A stretch of DNA of 63,740 nt, the filler included, from Choristocarpus tenellus KU-1152 (lineage: Eukaryota; Protista; Phaeophyceae): assembly GCA_964200185.2 (NCBI GenBank). It is 10 parts of 10 records of this genome, joined end to end, with 100 filler letters (N's around TTAATTAATTAA, not from the genome) between each part and the next. Parts side by side here need not be neighbours in the genome. Positions count along the whole stretch, not along the records: positions 1 to 7,589 come from CAXNAD020005919.1; positions 7,690 to 15,628 come from CAXNAD020005364.1; 8 more parts are not named here. One strand, 5' to 3'. The notes under the pieces were generated by a model. That model ran no database searches. It saw nothing but the letters and a program-made list of their open reading frames with translations, and was not told the origin of the DNA. Shown one piece after another: positions 1 to 13,300 of the stretch; the first letter of the stretch is position 1; every line of letters starts with the position of its first letter. The translations under genes were made by a program, and so were the position numbers.

Positions 1-97
1 ATACGTTGGATGGATAATGAAAGTGCACTTTTCCTGGTTTTGGGCCAAATGGACACTCTGGTGTAGACCTCGCCCCCCTCCCCAGTTACTTTGGGTC
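1..97 (-). mobile_element. MITE family B copy, truncated by window start
   Basis: Reverse complement of the element at 6163-6348; ends in TIR ...CCCAGTTACTTTGGGTC and has the subterminal CCAAATGGAC. Confidence 0.8.
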
Positions 98-552
98 ATT
101 ACTATCTGTCATATGTCAAGCATAAACCTGCACATGGTTGCCCTCCCAACATCCAACCCAGGTCAGCACGTAAATTCCTTTCATCTTCATCTTTCACTTT
201 CACGGTTCGATGAAATGTTTTCCTGCTCAGGTTGTTCTTATTTCAAATCGACACACGCACCCCCAACCGTCTTGCTGCGCTTTGGAAATTGATGGCATTT
301 ACCGTTCGACAGAACACATCAAATTAATTCATTACTGTCTGTCATATGTCAAGCACAAACCTGTGCATGGTTGCCCTCCCAAAATCTAACCCGGGTCAGC
401 GCGTAAATACCTTTCATCTTCATCTTTTACTTTCGCGATTCGACCTAATGTTTTCCTGCTCAGGATTACTGTTTCAAATCGACACACACACCCCCAACCG
501 TCTTGCCACGCTGTGGAAATTGATGGCCTTTACCGTTCAATAGAACACATCC
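98..552. repeat. Tandem duplication, 2 x ~233 bp
   Basis: ATTACT[A/G]TCTGTCATATGTCAAGC... starts at 98 and 331, and both copies run to AGAACACATC. Confidence 0.9.
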
Positions 553-1319
553 TCAGCAAGGAGGTACTCAACGGAGTGTGAGGTTAATCATCTCGTCTAT
601 CCACCGTATTTGAGTTCGTATCAAGTCACCTCACAATTAACGCCCTGATCGCGCACATTAATGTAACCCCATGAAATCCGTGGGCGAAAAGGAACCTCGT
701 GTTGAGGGAGGATGTGGAGGAGGGTACAAAATACCTGAACATCATCAAATACTCTGAGAGCATTACCCTCAACACCAGTGACGAACACACAGGCAAGTAA
801 TTACATTATTGTACAACATCACCATACGATAACATCAAACATCGTTCCCTACACCAAAGACACAACCTAGACCCTCACAGATCTTACTGACGTTGGACAG
901 TTAGACACCATACATTGTCACAGGGTTCTCTGGTTTTATATGTTGCGAAGTTGCTTGTCGAACATATTGATTCATACTTTCGCTGTGTTGCACCGATCGA
1001 CAGAACCCGGCAAAAGAAGCGGAATTATGTCGTGGTTCGTGTACTATAGTCCTATACGCATCCTCTTCACCCTATGTTACAAGCCCTACTTGTCGTCCTG
1101 ATTTATGGGATCGAACAATCTGCCCAAGTTTAACGAGCTGCATGTACTCTAATCCATCCATCCTTTCCTCAGCCTCTGCCTCCTCCTCTGTATCCTACCT
1201 CGCTCACTCCTTCTCACCAACCTCTACCTCATCCCTTTCCTCCTAACGCTAACCCCTCTTCCCGTTGTTTTGCCTCCTGCCTCGCCACGTCCTTTGCCTA
1301 CCCCTCCATCATCACAGAG

Positions 1320-2930
1320 ATAACACAAGTCGCAAACATTGTGATCACGCCAGAGAAAAACGCCACGTCCGAGCTCGACCTTGATAAGTTCAAGTCCGAA
1401 ACGAGCACCACCCACGAGAGAGAAGTCGCCCTTCTCCAGACCCGACCAAGAGGCATCGTAATCACATGCACCACCCTCGGGGACAACCTCGATCCAGATC
1501 GTATCCAACTCCTCATGGACAAACTCTCCACCGTCCGCAATTTTGCACTGGTAAAGACACAGGTAGCTGGTCGCATATCCTCGCCTATACCTTGTGGAAG
1601 ACCCAACCCACGAGGTGATGAAGAGGAGCAAGATAACCCATCGCCTAGCCCTACAGTAGGTACGGGAAGCAGGACTCTACAAGGGGAAAGGCATACAACC
1701 ACACCCTCGGAACACGACTCTGAAAGCGATGGGGACCGACCTGTTTGTAACACTTTGTCAGGTCCAGAGGAGAACTTGCACATGAGGACGTGAGGGGGCG
1801 GCTAGGCAGGGACTCAGAGTCCACGCCAGTCAGGAGTGACCCATGTATGTCCCCAAACACCCATTCAATGGGCAGCGGCGGCGAAGAGTCCAAGGTGCCA
1901 GGGAACACCTACGACGATACTGTGGGGTGAAGTGAAAACCACGCCCATGCCCATCCAACCACAACACTGAGGGACAAAGTCTTCCATGAAAGGTAACGGA
2001 AATAGGAAAAGGATGATAATTGGGAAGAAGAGGTGGAGAGAAGACTCTGAAGGCGATGGGGACCGACCCAATTGTGACGCTTTGTCAGGTCCAGAGGAAC
2101 TTGTACAGGAGGACGTGGGTGGGCGACTAGGCACGGATTCAGAGTCCACGCTTGTCGGGAGTGACCCTGGAATGTCCCCAAACGCCCATTCGATGGACAG
2201 CGGCGGCGACGAGTCCCAAGTGCCAGGGAACAGCTACGACCATACTGTGAAGGGAAATGAAAACCACGCCAATGCCGATCCTACCCCAACACCGAGGGAC
2301 AAGCCTTCCGAGAAGGGTAAAGGAGAGGGGAAAAGGACGATAATTAGGAAGAAGAGGGTGAGAGAAGGTACTGGACGGATGAGACCCTTCAAACAGCCTT
2401 GTCGTCCTGATGGCAGCGCTTTAGAATCTGGCTTCTTCGCAGACGTCTTCACTTCTGCCAAAAAGGGGAGATACGCGGTAAATCTGTGTTCATCTACCTC
2501 AAGGTACGACAATGACGACGAAAGGTCATCGCATGGTGATGACGATTGCATCACACAGGACGTGGCCGACTCCAGCAATGCATCCGATGTGGGGATCACT
2601 GAAGCCTTCATGGAGGCGTGCGTTACCGAGCTCCTACGATCGGCAACGAAACCTGCTTCTTCGCAGTATTGAGTGCAAACTCAAATTCTCACCCAAGTCA
2701 TATACGACATTGGGTTCAGGCTCATCAAGGCCGGTAAAGGGACCGTTTCTCTTGTTTTCGGGGATGAATGCTACGTCAATGAGCCCATGCAGGTTGAACT
2801 CGGCGATCGTAGAGGGAAGCCAGGCAACACATTGCGTCCCGAGCATGTGGAAGCATGTTCGATTAGACTCTTCCAACTCTATCGGACACCGAAGTACACA
2901 TCCCGAGCGTTGTGAAGCCCGAACCTTGGA
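1320..2930 (+). pseudogene. Decayed long ORF with an internal 327-bp (109-codon) tandem repeat and a possible degenerate protein-kinase-like C-terminal part
   Basis: ORFs at 1341, 1986 and 2673 share one frame, separated by stops. The repeat unit starts at 1716 and 2043. Kinase-like pieces: LESGFFADVF, RYAVNL, EAFMEAC, and VKPE after a frameshift. Confidence 0.4.
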
Positions 2931-3171
2931 ACAGCAGGTACTCTACAAGCCTTCTTGCCGAGGCATACCCTAAGCTTGCGGAGTGGTGGGAAGAGGGTGA
3001 CGAATGCAATTTCGAGTCTGTCCCCACCAATTGGAATAAGGGTTCAGTCATTTCAGTTTTTTGTTGAAGTACGGATCAAGTTACAGGTACACTGATTTAT
3101 TCATCAGTGTACCTTGCCTTGGTGTCCGACTACCATGTTCACGCATTTCCTTTCGATGAGTTACGTATTTA

Positions 3172-3421
3172 GAGTGAAATTATCTGAGATGGTACGAGTT
3201 TTTCCCTCTTTGTCCATTTGGGACTTGGCTTCTCACGCGTTTTTAATGACACTTTAACTACTCCAAAATGTTTCCGAGTAGGTAAAATGTGTACGTTATG
3301 AAAAGGAGTGTCTGGAACAAGGATATTGGCATCTCCTAACGAACATGATAGCAAAATTACATCACAACATTGGATTTTGCCCCCCAAAGACGCGGCCCTA
3401 CCCTCTAAGATACTTTGGCTC
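3172..3421 (+). mobile_element. MITE family A (~255 bp)
   Basis: TIRs GAGTGAAATTATCTGAG... and ...CTCTAAGATACTTTGGCTC; seven copies in the window; flanks TTA/TTT. Confidence 0.9.
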
Positions 3422-4509
3422 TTTAGACAGTGGTATCGGATACATTTCTACCAGTTAGAGTCATCAGCGTATCATACATCATGCTCATGTTGAAGATTAG
3501 ACCTGTGTTATTATTTGTTTAAAAGAGCGTGTCCAATACAAAGCTTAGACTACTGAAATATAAAACATCAATTAAACAACTCTTCTCCATCTTCTCAGCT
3601 AACCCTTCCAAACAATTCGCCAAGGCCTGCGATGGGTACCCTGTCCTTTTCAAAGCCGCTAATTATTCCTTGAACACTATAACGCACCTCCGCCCTGCTT
3701 CTCAATACTCTAAACTAGAACCGATCTCGTCCTCCTTCGAATCTTCGAGGATCATACACCCAAGTCCACGCACGATGCTCCTAAGCACAGCACCAACGCA
3801 TAACATCTGGAAGTGTATCTTGAAATACTTTCAGAGAAACGTACGTCAATAGACCTTGACCAATAACCATTCGTATACACCTCCAGAATCCGTCCAAACA
3901 TTACATGAAAGATACAGCACACTGACCTGAAAACAAGACTTGACCTTTTCCCTTCCTTCATACCAACAACTTCAACGCTAACACCCTCAGCGATAACCAC
4001 GTTTGTTTGCTTACTAAATCCGACATATGCACGCAAATAAAGGAAGAACTATATTTAAAACAGTACATGATATATGTTTTGGTTCCTCGTGCACACACTG
4101 GGAGAACAGGCCCTAACTGACAGTCCTCTTTGTATACATACCAGGCACGACTCATGCAAACAAATAAACGAAAAAACCAACCTTGCAACAACAGTCCATA
4201 ATCTTTTTTTCAATTCCTCATCCTAACAGTGGGAAAACACACCCTAACCGACAGCCCTCTCTATGTGCTAACCAAATCCCACTCATGCAACCAAACAAAC
4301 CAATAACCAGCCCTGGAACAACTTAACCCATATCTCTTGTTCTTCATCATAACTGCACGACCAACATACATAAACCAATAATCCAGTTTGAACAGACTCG
4401 AAATCTGACACATGCAAACGTCGAAACTCCTCACCAAACCCAAATAAATGGTGGCATTTGTTCCCATTCCTCTTGCGTACGCAAGGACAGAAAGGAACCT
4501 AACCAACAG

Positions 4510-4629
4510 TCTTCTTTTTTTTACAGACATTTCAAATCCGACACGTGCGACCAAATCACACCAAAAAGTGAAAATCGAAAAAAGGGCGGAAAAACGGACG
4601 CCGACACCCCCCCCCAGATACTTTGATCC
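4510..4629 (+). mobile_element. MITE family C, right part
   Basis: Ends CCCCCAGATACTTTGATCC; internal TTTCAAATC..ACACGT.CGACCAAA is shared with 32400-32504. Confidence 0.6.
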
Positions 4630-4779
4630 ATTCATTGGAGAAATCAACACAATTTTCGACCAACTCAAGCCTGTCCTCCCTCGGCCTTGCGGCTTGATGA
4701 TAAATGCGCCTTGATGATTAAAAATTACTCGCCAGGAAACACAGACAACGCCCATTTCCGGCGTTCAAGAAGGAAATGT

Positions 4780-5290
4780 GATAGTTAAGACTCTAACATT
4801 GCCAATCCTGTTCGTGTGTATGAACGACGGGAAAGACCGTCAAGTGGCGCTCGAGATGGCAGCAGGATATGCGATGGTTAGGGCGGAAACTGCAAGTAAA
4901 TGGGAGAGAGACTCCCTAACTAAAGGCCACATCAAGGTGTCGGAGCAAGGACGCTATGAGAGGCGTCTCGTCCTTATCCTCGACGAGGACATCCTTGTCT
5001 AGGTCAAAGAGTGGGCGCGCGAATACACAGGAAGAAAGGGTGGGGGGGCTTTTTTTCCCACCTAAGCCCTATACTTAATAGTGCATCTGTTCCCACTTTT
5101 GGTGACCTACAATCCAGGGTTCGAACCCCAATATGGCCTCTTTCTTGAAAAAAAAAAGTGACAAAAAATAAACCAAGCCCGCATTTTGGAGGGCCTTGTG
5201 ACGGGCATCATGAATATGTTTTTAGTTTTTTAAATCCGATGTTTACATCAAAATTTATGACAGGACAACCCCGAAGGGCGAGGCTACTGC
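4780..5290 (+). mobile_element. Possible decayed IS630-Tc1-mariner (Sagan-like) transposase N-terminal region
   Basis: Translations GRYERRLVLILDEDIL..VKEW and GPCDGHHEYV resemble the remembered YxDGHERxDV motif; stops present; no DDE core seen. Confidence 0.35.
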
Positions 5291-6162
5291 TACCATTATA
5301 GTGAAATCACCTACGCACTCCACACACAATTCATAGGCAGGATATACCGTACTTGCTAGATACGTTGCATTTGTAGTTTCAGCTCAAGAATTTGACATTT
5401 AGGAATCAAGGTTGATGACTCAGATCATGTTTGCACAGCTCTTCCAGTTCAGGAGGTGACAACATATCTGGGATGTAATCTACCAGGCTTTATGAATGAC
5501 AGCAGAATAAAAACTTTGCAGAGCTAGGGCCCATCCAGGAAAAAGATTGTCTTGTCTTGTATATAGTGTGTAGTCACCGTAAGGCTGAATGACCGCTAGT
5601 AACAGTGAAAGGTTTACCCCATATGCTTAGTCTCCAGTGTTGAATTGCCAGAATACTTGCACTCTTTTTCTGCGGTAGAATACTTCTCTGGGACAAGGAA
5701 GGTAAACCACTATGATGCACAATGATATCAAATTTCCCATGTTCATTTTTTTGGGTCAAGAATACCCCTGTCCCAACATTACTGGCATCCACGTACACCA
5801 AAATTCCTTGGGAAAAATAGGAAAGTGTTGGATGGAGCCATTGTGTAAGTCATTTGAAGCTGTCAAAAGCAGTATATTGGAACCGATTCCACATAGTTGT
5901 GGTGTATTTCCTGCGGAATTATCTTTTTATGGACTTTCCTTTGGTGTACGACGAATCATTTCCACTAATGGTTCTGTATCAATATCTAGGTGAGGAATGT
6001 TCCTTCAAGAATATGATTGTAATGTTATCGCGATAACTGGTGTTGTCCCTACTATGTTGTGTGTACTGATACAGGCATGTAACACAACAGTGGGACAGTT
6101 TCATGTACTTTTATGTAATGTTGTACATAGTAGTATCGTACATAGAGGTACGATGAGGTAGA

Positions 6163-6348
6163 GACCCAAAGTATCTGGGGGGGTGGGGCTGTCTACACCA
6201 AGGTGTTCATTTGGCCCCAAACCAGGAAAAGTGCACTTACATTATCCATCCGACTTAAGCAACCAAATCACCCAAAAATCACGACATGAAAAACTTGACC
6301 CGAAATGGACAGCCGCCATCCCCCCCCCCCTCAGATATACTTTGAACC
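6163..6348 (+). mobile_element. MITE family B (~185 bp), TSD AGA
   Basis: TIRs GACCCAAAGTATCTGGGG and CAGATATACTTTGAACC; AGA on both flanks. Confidence 0.9.
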
Positions 6349-7062
6349 AGACTTTGTTCAAAGGTTAGGCGATGGGTGAGGTAGGAGCCATCGGATAATT
6401 AATGATCAGTGTATGTTCACCATGTAAACCAGCAGCAGATCTCGGCGAAGAGCCTTTTATGCGCGAAGCTTTTCAACATCTAAACATTTCATTTCGAAAA
6501 CAACTTGAATACGAGCTTGTGATGTAGATATTCCTTTCCGAATAGCATCATGTCACAAATAATGGATTTGCTTTCAGCCAAATTGAGGCTTGGACGGCTT
6601 TAATATAACCCCCACGGTTTGTAAGGGTTGATAGTACCGTGCAAATTAGTTGTTTATGGTGTGTCCCAGTTGGAGAGTCCAGAACAGTATCGTCTAAACA
6701 TACACCGTTAACCCAGAGTTAGTACTGATCATAGAAAAATGTATCAGACATCAGGCGTTCGAAGATGTACAGTGCATATTGTAAAGTAACCTCTGAAACT
6801 CATATTTCCCATCTGGCATGAAGAAGGCAGTTTTTATCATTTGCATTCCTCATATATTGGTACCTGGCAATAGGCCAGCTGGATATGTACAAGAGAGAAA
6901 CATTTCGTACCTCCCACCCGATGCAGATACACACTCTTACATAAATTATAAAGCTCATCAGGTTTCGCAACAATGACAGCAGGGGATGCACATGGTTTAA
7001 CATATTTTAGAATACCCTGCTTTTCCATATCGTTTCCTCGTTGGTGGGGTGGAGTTAGGTAT

Positions 7063-7321
7063 GAGTGAAATTATCTTAGAGGGTACGAATTTTTCCCTGT
7101 TTGTCCATTTGGGGCTTGGATTCACATGGGTCTTTTTATGACACTTTCCTACTCCAAAATGTTTCGGAGTAGGAAAAAAGTATATGTTTTGAAAGTTCAT
7201 GTCTGAAACATAGATATTGACACTTCCTAACAAAAACGATAGCCAAAACTGCATCAAAATCGTAACATTGGATTTTGACCCCCAAATGGACGCGGCTCTA
7301 TCCTCTAAGATACTTTGCCTC
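7063..7321 (+). mobile_element. MITE family A, TSD TAT
   Basis: Full-length copy with both TIRs; TAT on both flanks. Confidence 0.92.
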
Positions 7322-7589
7322 TATTTTTGGTGCTGTGTGATCCAGAGGTTTACTAACCGCTTTAGTTCCTGGTTGTATGGAACGTTGTTGTGGTTATCGA
7401 ATCTCCTGTCCTGCTTGCATTCGCCATCTTTGACGAGCACTTGATAGCGGGTCAGGTCAGAGTTACATTGAAGGCCTTCCCCCGATCATTACGACACCAC
7501 TGTTGTGTTCAAGCAAACCGCCAAGGGTGTATTTGTCCTTTAACAGTGGATTCGCAAAATTGAGGATGGAGCGGGACTATGAGGATGGT

Positions 7590-7689
7590 NNNNNNNNNNN
7601 NNNNNNNNNNNNNNNNNNNNNNNNNNNNNNNNNTTAATTAATTAANNNNNNNNNNNNNNNNNNNNNNNNNNNNNNNNNNNNNNNNNNNN
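7590..7689. other. Artificial contig spacer N44-TTAATTAATTAA-N44 (also at 15629, 18700, 25324, 29192, 32505, 36743, 41209, 51219)
   Basis: Nine identical 100-bp linkers carrying stops in all six frames. Confidence 0.99.
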
Positions 7690-10362
7690 GTCGCATCCTG
7701 TGAGGGTGTTGGTTGGTGGGGTGATAGTAATACACCACAACAGGAGTAGTGGCACTGGGTTTCCTAATGGCAAAATATGTGGATCATTTTCCACTCTTTG
7801 GGAAAGTAACTAATCAATTCAACAGCGAGTTCCTTGCATTCATGAGAAGATAACAGTAAGGTTTGTCACAAATTTACCAAGTATTATTGATAATAATGGT
7901 ACATACAAGTGTGACTGCGAACACAGGCTGGCCAGCGTGTCACAGGTGAAGAGGGATTGCAAATTGGGATTTCAAGCAATTGTTACGACCTTACTCCTTA
8001 CAACCCACTGCAGCATGTATGTGTCAAGGGGACACAAAGGCGTGGACATACATATTATCTTTAATATGCATCAAATATAAAATATAAAAAGAAAATAATC
8101 ACGTGTACAAAGAGGTGCTCACATTTAATTATCCACCTATGCATCTGGCTCAATCTGACACACCTTACTGCTGACAGATCTTAATGCTTCAAGGTATATG
8201 GTTGCAATGAAGGTGTAGTAAGCCTTTGAGTGGAGTGTCTTTAAACAAACCTGTAACCACTGAAAGGTACGTTGTTTTCATAAGTAGTATATCCACATAA
8301 TGTTCATAAATTGCAATGAAATTTGGTCAGAGTTGGTTTCAACATTGCACAGGAGAGCATGGGAAAAAAATAATTATTTATTGATCACGTTGGAATATCA
8401 ATATGATTTCAATAAGAGTGGAAAATAGTGCTATTAACTATTAAACTACATAGTAACTACAGCTTGTACTTACGTAGTGTGTAGCTACTAGCAACAATTA
8501 ATTTCTGCAGTCGTAACATACATGACATACAAAAGAAATGGAAGGACAGGCCAGGCCAGGCCAGCAAACATTGTGCACTCAAGGACACAGAAGGCTGTAG
8601 GTATCAATACTTCAAATTAATAATTATGTACTTCAAGGCATCTTCAAACTCATACCATACCATACCATGTACTAGGATGTATCTTCATGTACACTTACAA
8701 ATAGTACTTATATTTCCAAACTTCATAAAAAAATACCAAACATGTAACATGAGGAGGCAAACCGCGTACTCAACAACCTTTACACATGGTGCTAAAAAAT
8801 GCTCCTTCCATGCCTACCTGACTGCAAGAGGACATGTTCAGTGTTCAATACCTCCACCCTGGACACAGCAAACAATGCCATATGCTGCATTGCCAAGGGG
8901 ACACAACAGCACCTCTTCCTACCCATACCTCAATACAATGGGGTACCGACAGCCCGCTTGTCAAAACTCTCTATAGTCTCAAAATGATCATTAAGTACAA
9001 ACCTGACCTCCCCCGCTGCTCAACCTACAGAAACTGCTATTTACCCATGCTCGTGTTGCATAAAGAAAAATCAATACCTGATATCAAACCATCATATCAA
9101 ACAGCTGTACCTGCTACGTATGCTAACATCAAACCCATTAACAATGAGTTTAAGGAACATGACAAACAACTGCAATGTGCTGGAAAAACATGATAGTAAT
9201 AATAGTAAACTTAACTTAACCCGCTGCACACCTGTTCAATCCTTCAAACACAACTTCTCCACATTACCAAGTGCAGTCAGTCCCCAGCTTCTCCACATAC
9301 ACTTCATACCTGCCAAGAAAGACATACAACAACTATCCCAAAAAACCCATCTCAAATGTGTGGAGTGAGCATGGCAAAAAAAAACTCTTCTGAGATGTCA
9401 TGTAAGGGAGGGTGTACTCTATTGCAACTATGAGGGGCACGCAGAAAGAGTCACTTAAGGAAAATTATCCAATCAATCATCTTCTTGACACCACACCTTT
9501 CTTGTTCTTTCTTGTCACATTTAAAAAAAAATCCACCAGAGTTGTTGGATTAGCAGTGTCAAACATTCTACATTGTTGTCCACAGGGATATTGCTGCCTT
9601 GTGTCCCATCTTGTTCTCAGTTGGCCACTCTTGTTCTCGGCATTCAATGTCTCCTCTTCAATGCTAACGCCAAGCTTTATCCCCCCTTGTGTTCACCAGT
9701 TATTTGCCTACAGTCCCATCTAAAAGGGCAACAAAAGTGGTCCGCTCAGCATTCAAAACCTTTCAGAACACATTGACACACAGAGACGGAAGACACACAG
9801 GACACAGAAGACACAGAAGACAATTTAAGACAAGAAAAAAAGGATGGGATGACTTCAGACTCCACAGGCCTTAATTGCAGTCTGTGCATTCTCTACCTGT
9901 TCCTGTGAACTGACCACAAAGATCTGCCAACCCAATGCATATGTAGCACTGGCAATAGTTTTTGATGCATACATCACCACTACTGTCTCACATTAAGCAT
10001 GATGAGCAACACAATTGACCCTACTTCCCCAGTACAAACACACCACCCCCGTGATGTGGACATACTGTATTACATACTGTAGCAAACTATTAAATGCCTC
10101 ATTTATAATATGTTTCAATTCAGTCGATTCTAAGTAGCTCTTCAGTCTAATACTAACAAAACAAGGACAAGAAATGAATTCTAATTTAGTGTTGGATCAA
10201 CACATGAATAAACAACCGAATTACAGTCAACTAATGAGACTACAGTAGTTGACAGAAATCTAACAAGTGGCAAGTGTGGATCTACGATTCACTAAATAAA
10301 TCTATGCACACACAATACAATGCCTTAACTGATCACCTTTTATATTGCTGAGAGTTCTTCCT

Positions 10363-13300
10363 TCACCTCTTCGCATGAAGTGATCCCTCAAGATGCTCAA
10401 TAAAACGTGTAAGTTCAATCGGAAGCCATCGCTCACCCCTTTTTTCCTTGGAGGTACTCTTAAGAGGGTCATCCCACTCTTGATCATCACCCTCTGATTG
10501 AGGTGATGATGACTTTCTCCGATTGAACACACTTGGTGCCAATTTGGGTGAAGATCCAGTCATGAACCTGATGGGTCCAGGCATGAACCAGGCACCAATG
10601 CCAGATCCGGTAAGTTTTCATTGATAGATTGCATGAAACGTACTGGTTAACTTAAAAGTAGGAGGTTGAGTGTTTATACAAGTGAGAGTAGTGGTGGAAG
10701 TCTAATATGTGTAATGCACACAAATAGAACAAAAACCATCAAGTATAGCATAAACAACAATACCAGGCCACAATTACATTGCTATGATGGACAAAGAAGT
10801 AAGAGACCACATTTTAGAATTGGTATTAGAATTGGGTGTTTGAATCCAGAATATCTGAATGAGGCACACCCCTGCACCTCTTCAACACCTCCCTCAAACT
10901 GTAGGAACACACCACGCCCATCACTGTACACTAATGCATTAATGTATTTTTCTCAATGACAGGGACATTACAAAACACAATCTGCCGTGGAACATCGACC
11001 AACTCATCATCATGGGCATCAGTACAAAATGAGCTAAGATTGTGTGACATTACAATTTCAACTTCGAGGTATTTGAATTATATTATATTGTTGTTAGTGC
11101 AGGTGAACAGCCAGTGGTTTAATGACTGCTTTTGAATGACAGCATACTGCTTTGACATGCTATACAGCTTAAGAAGCTGTGGACAGTCAACCTGAGAATT
11201 GCATGGGGACTATGAGGCTATGAAAGGACCTTACCCACAGTGTCCTCCGTAGTCATGATAGATGAGCCTCACAGGAGCATCCCCAACCTTTTCCTCAGAA
11301 GGCAGAGCACCTCCATCAATGAAAGGGTCATCACGGGCATTAACCACCACAAGAGGGACCCGCACTTTTGACAAATAGTTGGCAGCATTAACCTCCCTGT
11401 AGTAATCCTGGTGTGGTATTTGTGGCAAAGAAATGTAAGGATTTGAGAGGCTAAGTAAGAGATGGATCATATCTTGAAGATTGAAAGTTGTTTTGAACAG
11501 CTTGCCAGAATGAGAATAGTCACTCATCAACATCAGTTAACAACCTTCTACATCACCATATATTTTCTGAGTTGAAACGCGTTGTCAAACTTGATATCAA
11601 TCAATACCAAATTTGATATCAATTAACACCAAACTTGATATCTATTAACACCAAACTTGATATCAATCAATACCAAACTTGATATCTATTAACACCAAAC
11701 TTGATATCAATCAATACCAAACTTGATATCTATTAACACCAAACTTGATATCAATACAAAAAGGATAAAAAATGTCTTGTACCTCCAGGTAAGACAGTTG
11801 ACTGTAAGACATCCGTCTCCTATTTGCACTCTCAAATTTGGATTACTATAGTCACATGTCCCACATCATTTGGAGGGCACAGTGTAGACAGTTGCAATTT
11901 ATGATCTAAAATTTGCAAGGCACTCCAGTACACATGTTGATTGAATCATGAATCATGATCAAATCAGAAACAGGAGCACTTGCAAGCATCACCAACCTCC
12001 GTAGAATTGAAACCAAATACACGCGTGGTGACTTCCTCAGTGAACTGACTGAATGTCTTGACTGTTTGGACAACATCGAGACTGAGTTGTTCAGGATACA
12101 TTCGGGCGTGTGCTTCAGCCTTCAAGAGCAACCAGGACATGAAAGTTGGTAAGTACACATACCTGCACAAGTGGGGTATTATTGTATTGTGAATGTAAGT
12201 TGATTAAGGAGAGCACAGCACTTTTTCTGTACATCCATTCTACATCCTCTCTACCTTTACATGCCCTGCTGCCTACTGCAGCATCAACAATGTTTCTCGT
12301 CATCTCTTCCTTGAGGTCATCCTGCAACAGCATACTAGCACTCCAGTTGTTTGCTATTTAGTGTAACAATTGTGGAGTTTGAGGGACAGAGGGACGCACT
12401 GCTGTTGCAACCATGGCCGTCATTGTAGTAACATGCTGACAGCCTTTCTCTTGTCCTTCAAGATCAGCCACTTATGATGGCAATCTGATACACCCCCCAA
12501 CACCTCCAAGCTAAATCACTAATCTATAAGCAATCAACCTATGAAGCAGAGGGGCTAATTAATAACAAAGACCACTAAAACATAGACACCCAGAAAAATT
12601 GAACATAAACCATTGATTGCCAATGAGAACCTCTGGTGGTTGGCATAGTGAATGCACTAGGAAATTGAATATTGATTACTACATAGTATATAATATTGAT
12701 GACTGTGTAAGGTATATACTTTACCTTGCAATGTCAGTGGTTCCTCTTAACATAGTGTCCCTCGGATACAGTTTTAATAATATAGAGTTGAAAAGTGTTT
12801 GTCTGTAAGTGATGTCAACATGGTATGAAATGGCACACCTAAACAATTAATACATAATTAACCCTAACCCCAGAAAAAAACCCATACTAGGTAGCACTAA
12901 CCGTCCCACTCTATCTCGCTCCAATTTAGCTGCACCCAGCTCTGGCTCAAAGGGCACACACCCCACCGCTGCACCATAGATGCCAAGTTTTCTTGCTTGG
13001 TCACCCTGTCAAAATGATCAAAAGTGCCGTCAAAGGTATGGGTTAGGGTTAGAGTTAGGGTTAGGGTTAGGGTTGTGAGGCATAGCCAGGAGAGAGGACA
13101 CTGTGTCAGTGAGAAGAGGAGCTGGTGGATTAGAAGGGGGTGGGGAGGTAGTCAACAAGGATGTAGTCAACAAGTGCACCAGTGGGGTGGATGGATCATT
13201 AGCCCGGAGACTTTCCTGTACCCACAGATCAATAAAATATATTCTTGAGGAGAAACGCCTGAGGCATATTATTGGCAACCTCATGTCATACCAATTGAAG

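Larger units (their letters stand above)
5450..7450 (-). mobile_element. Decayed Ty3/Gypsy pol (RT plus RNase H), interrupted by two MITEs
   Basis: GILKYVKPCASPAVIVAKPD resembles RT SPWASPVVIVxKPDG. VYVDASNVGTGVFLTQ...AIQHWR..IWGKPFTVTSGHSAL is RT-RNase H. RT lies upstream of RH on the minus strand. Confidence 0.85.

Noticed and set aside
5095-5135. tRNA/SINE B-box GGTTCGAACCC (similar at ~48916 and ~54331)
   Set aside because: No A-box or cloverleaf can be folded.
9500-9800. Possible LINE C-terminal zinc-finger remnant on the minus strand
   Set aside because: Only YPCGQQC-like similarity; too degenerate to call.
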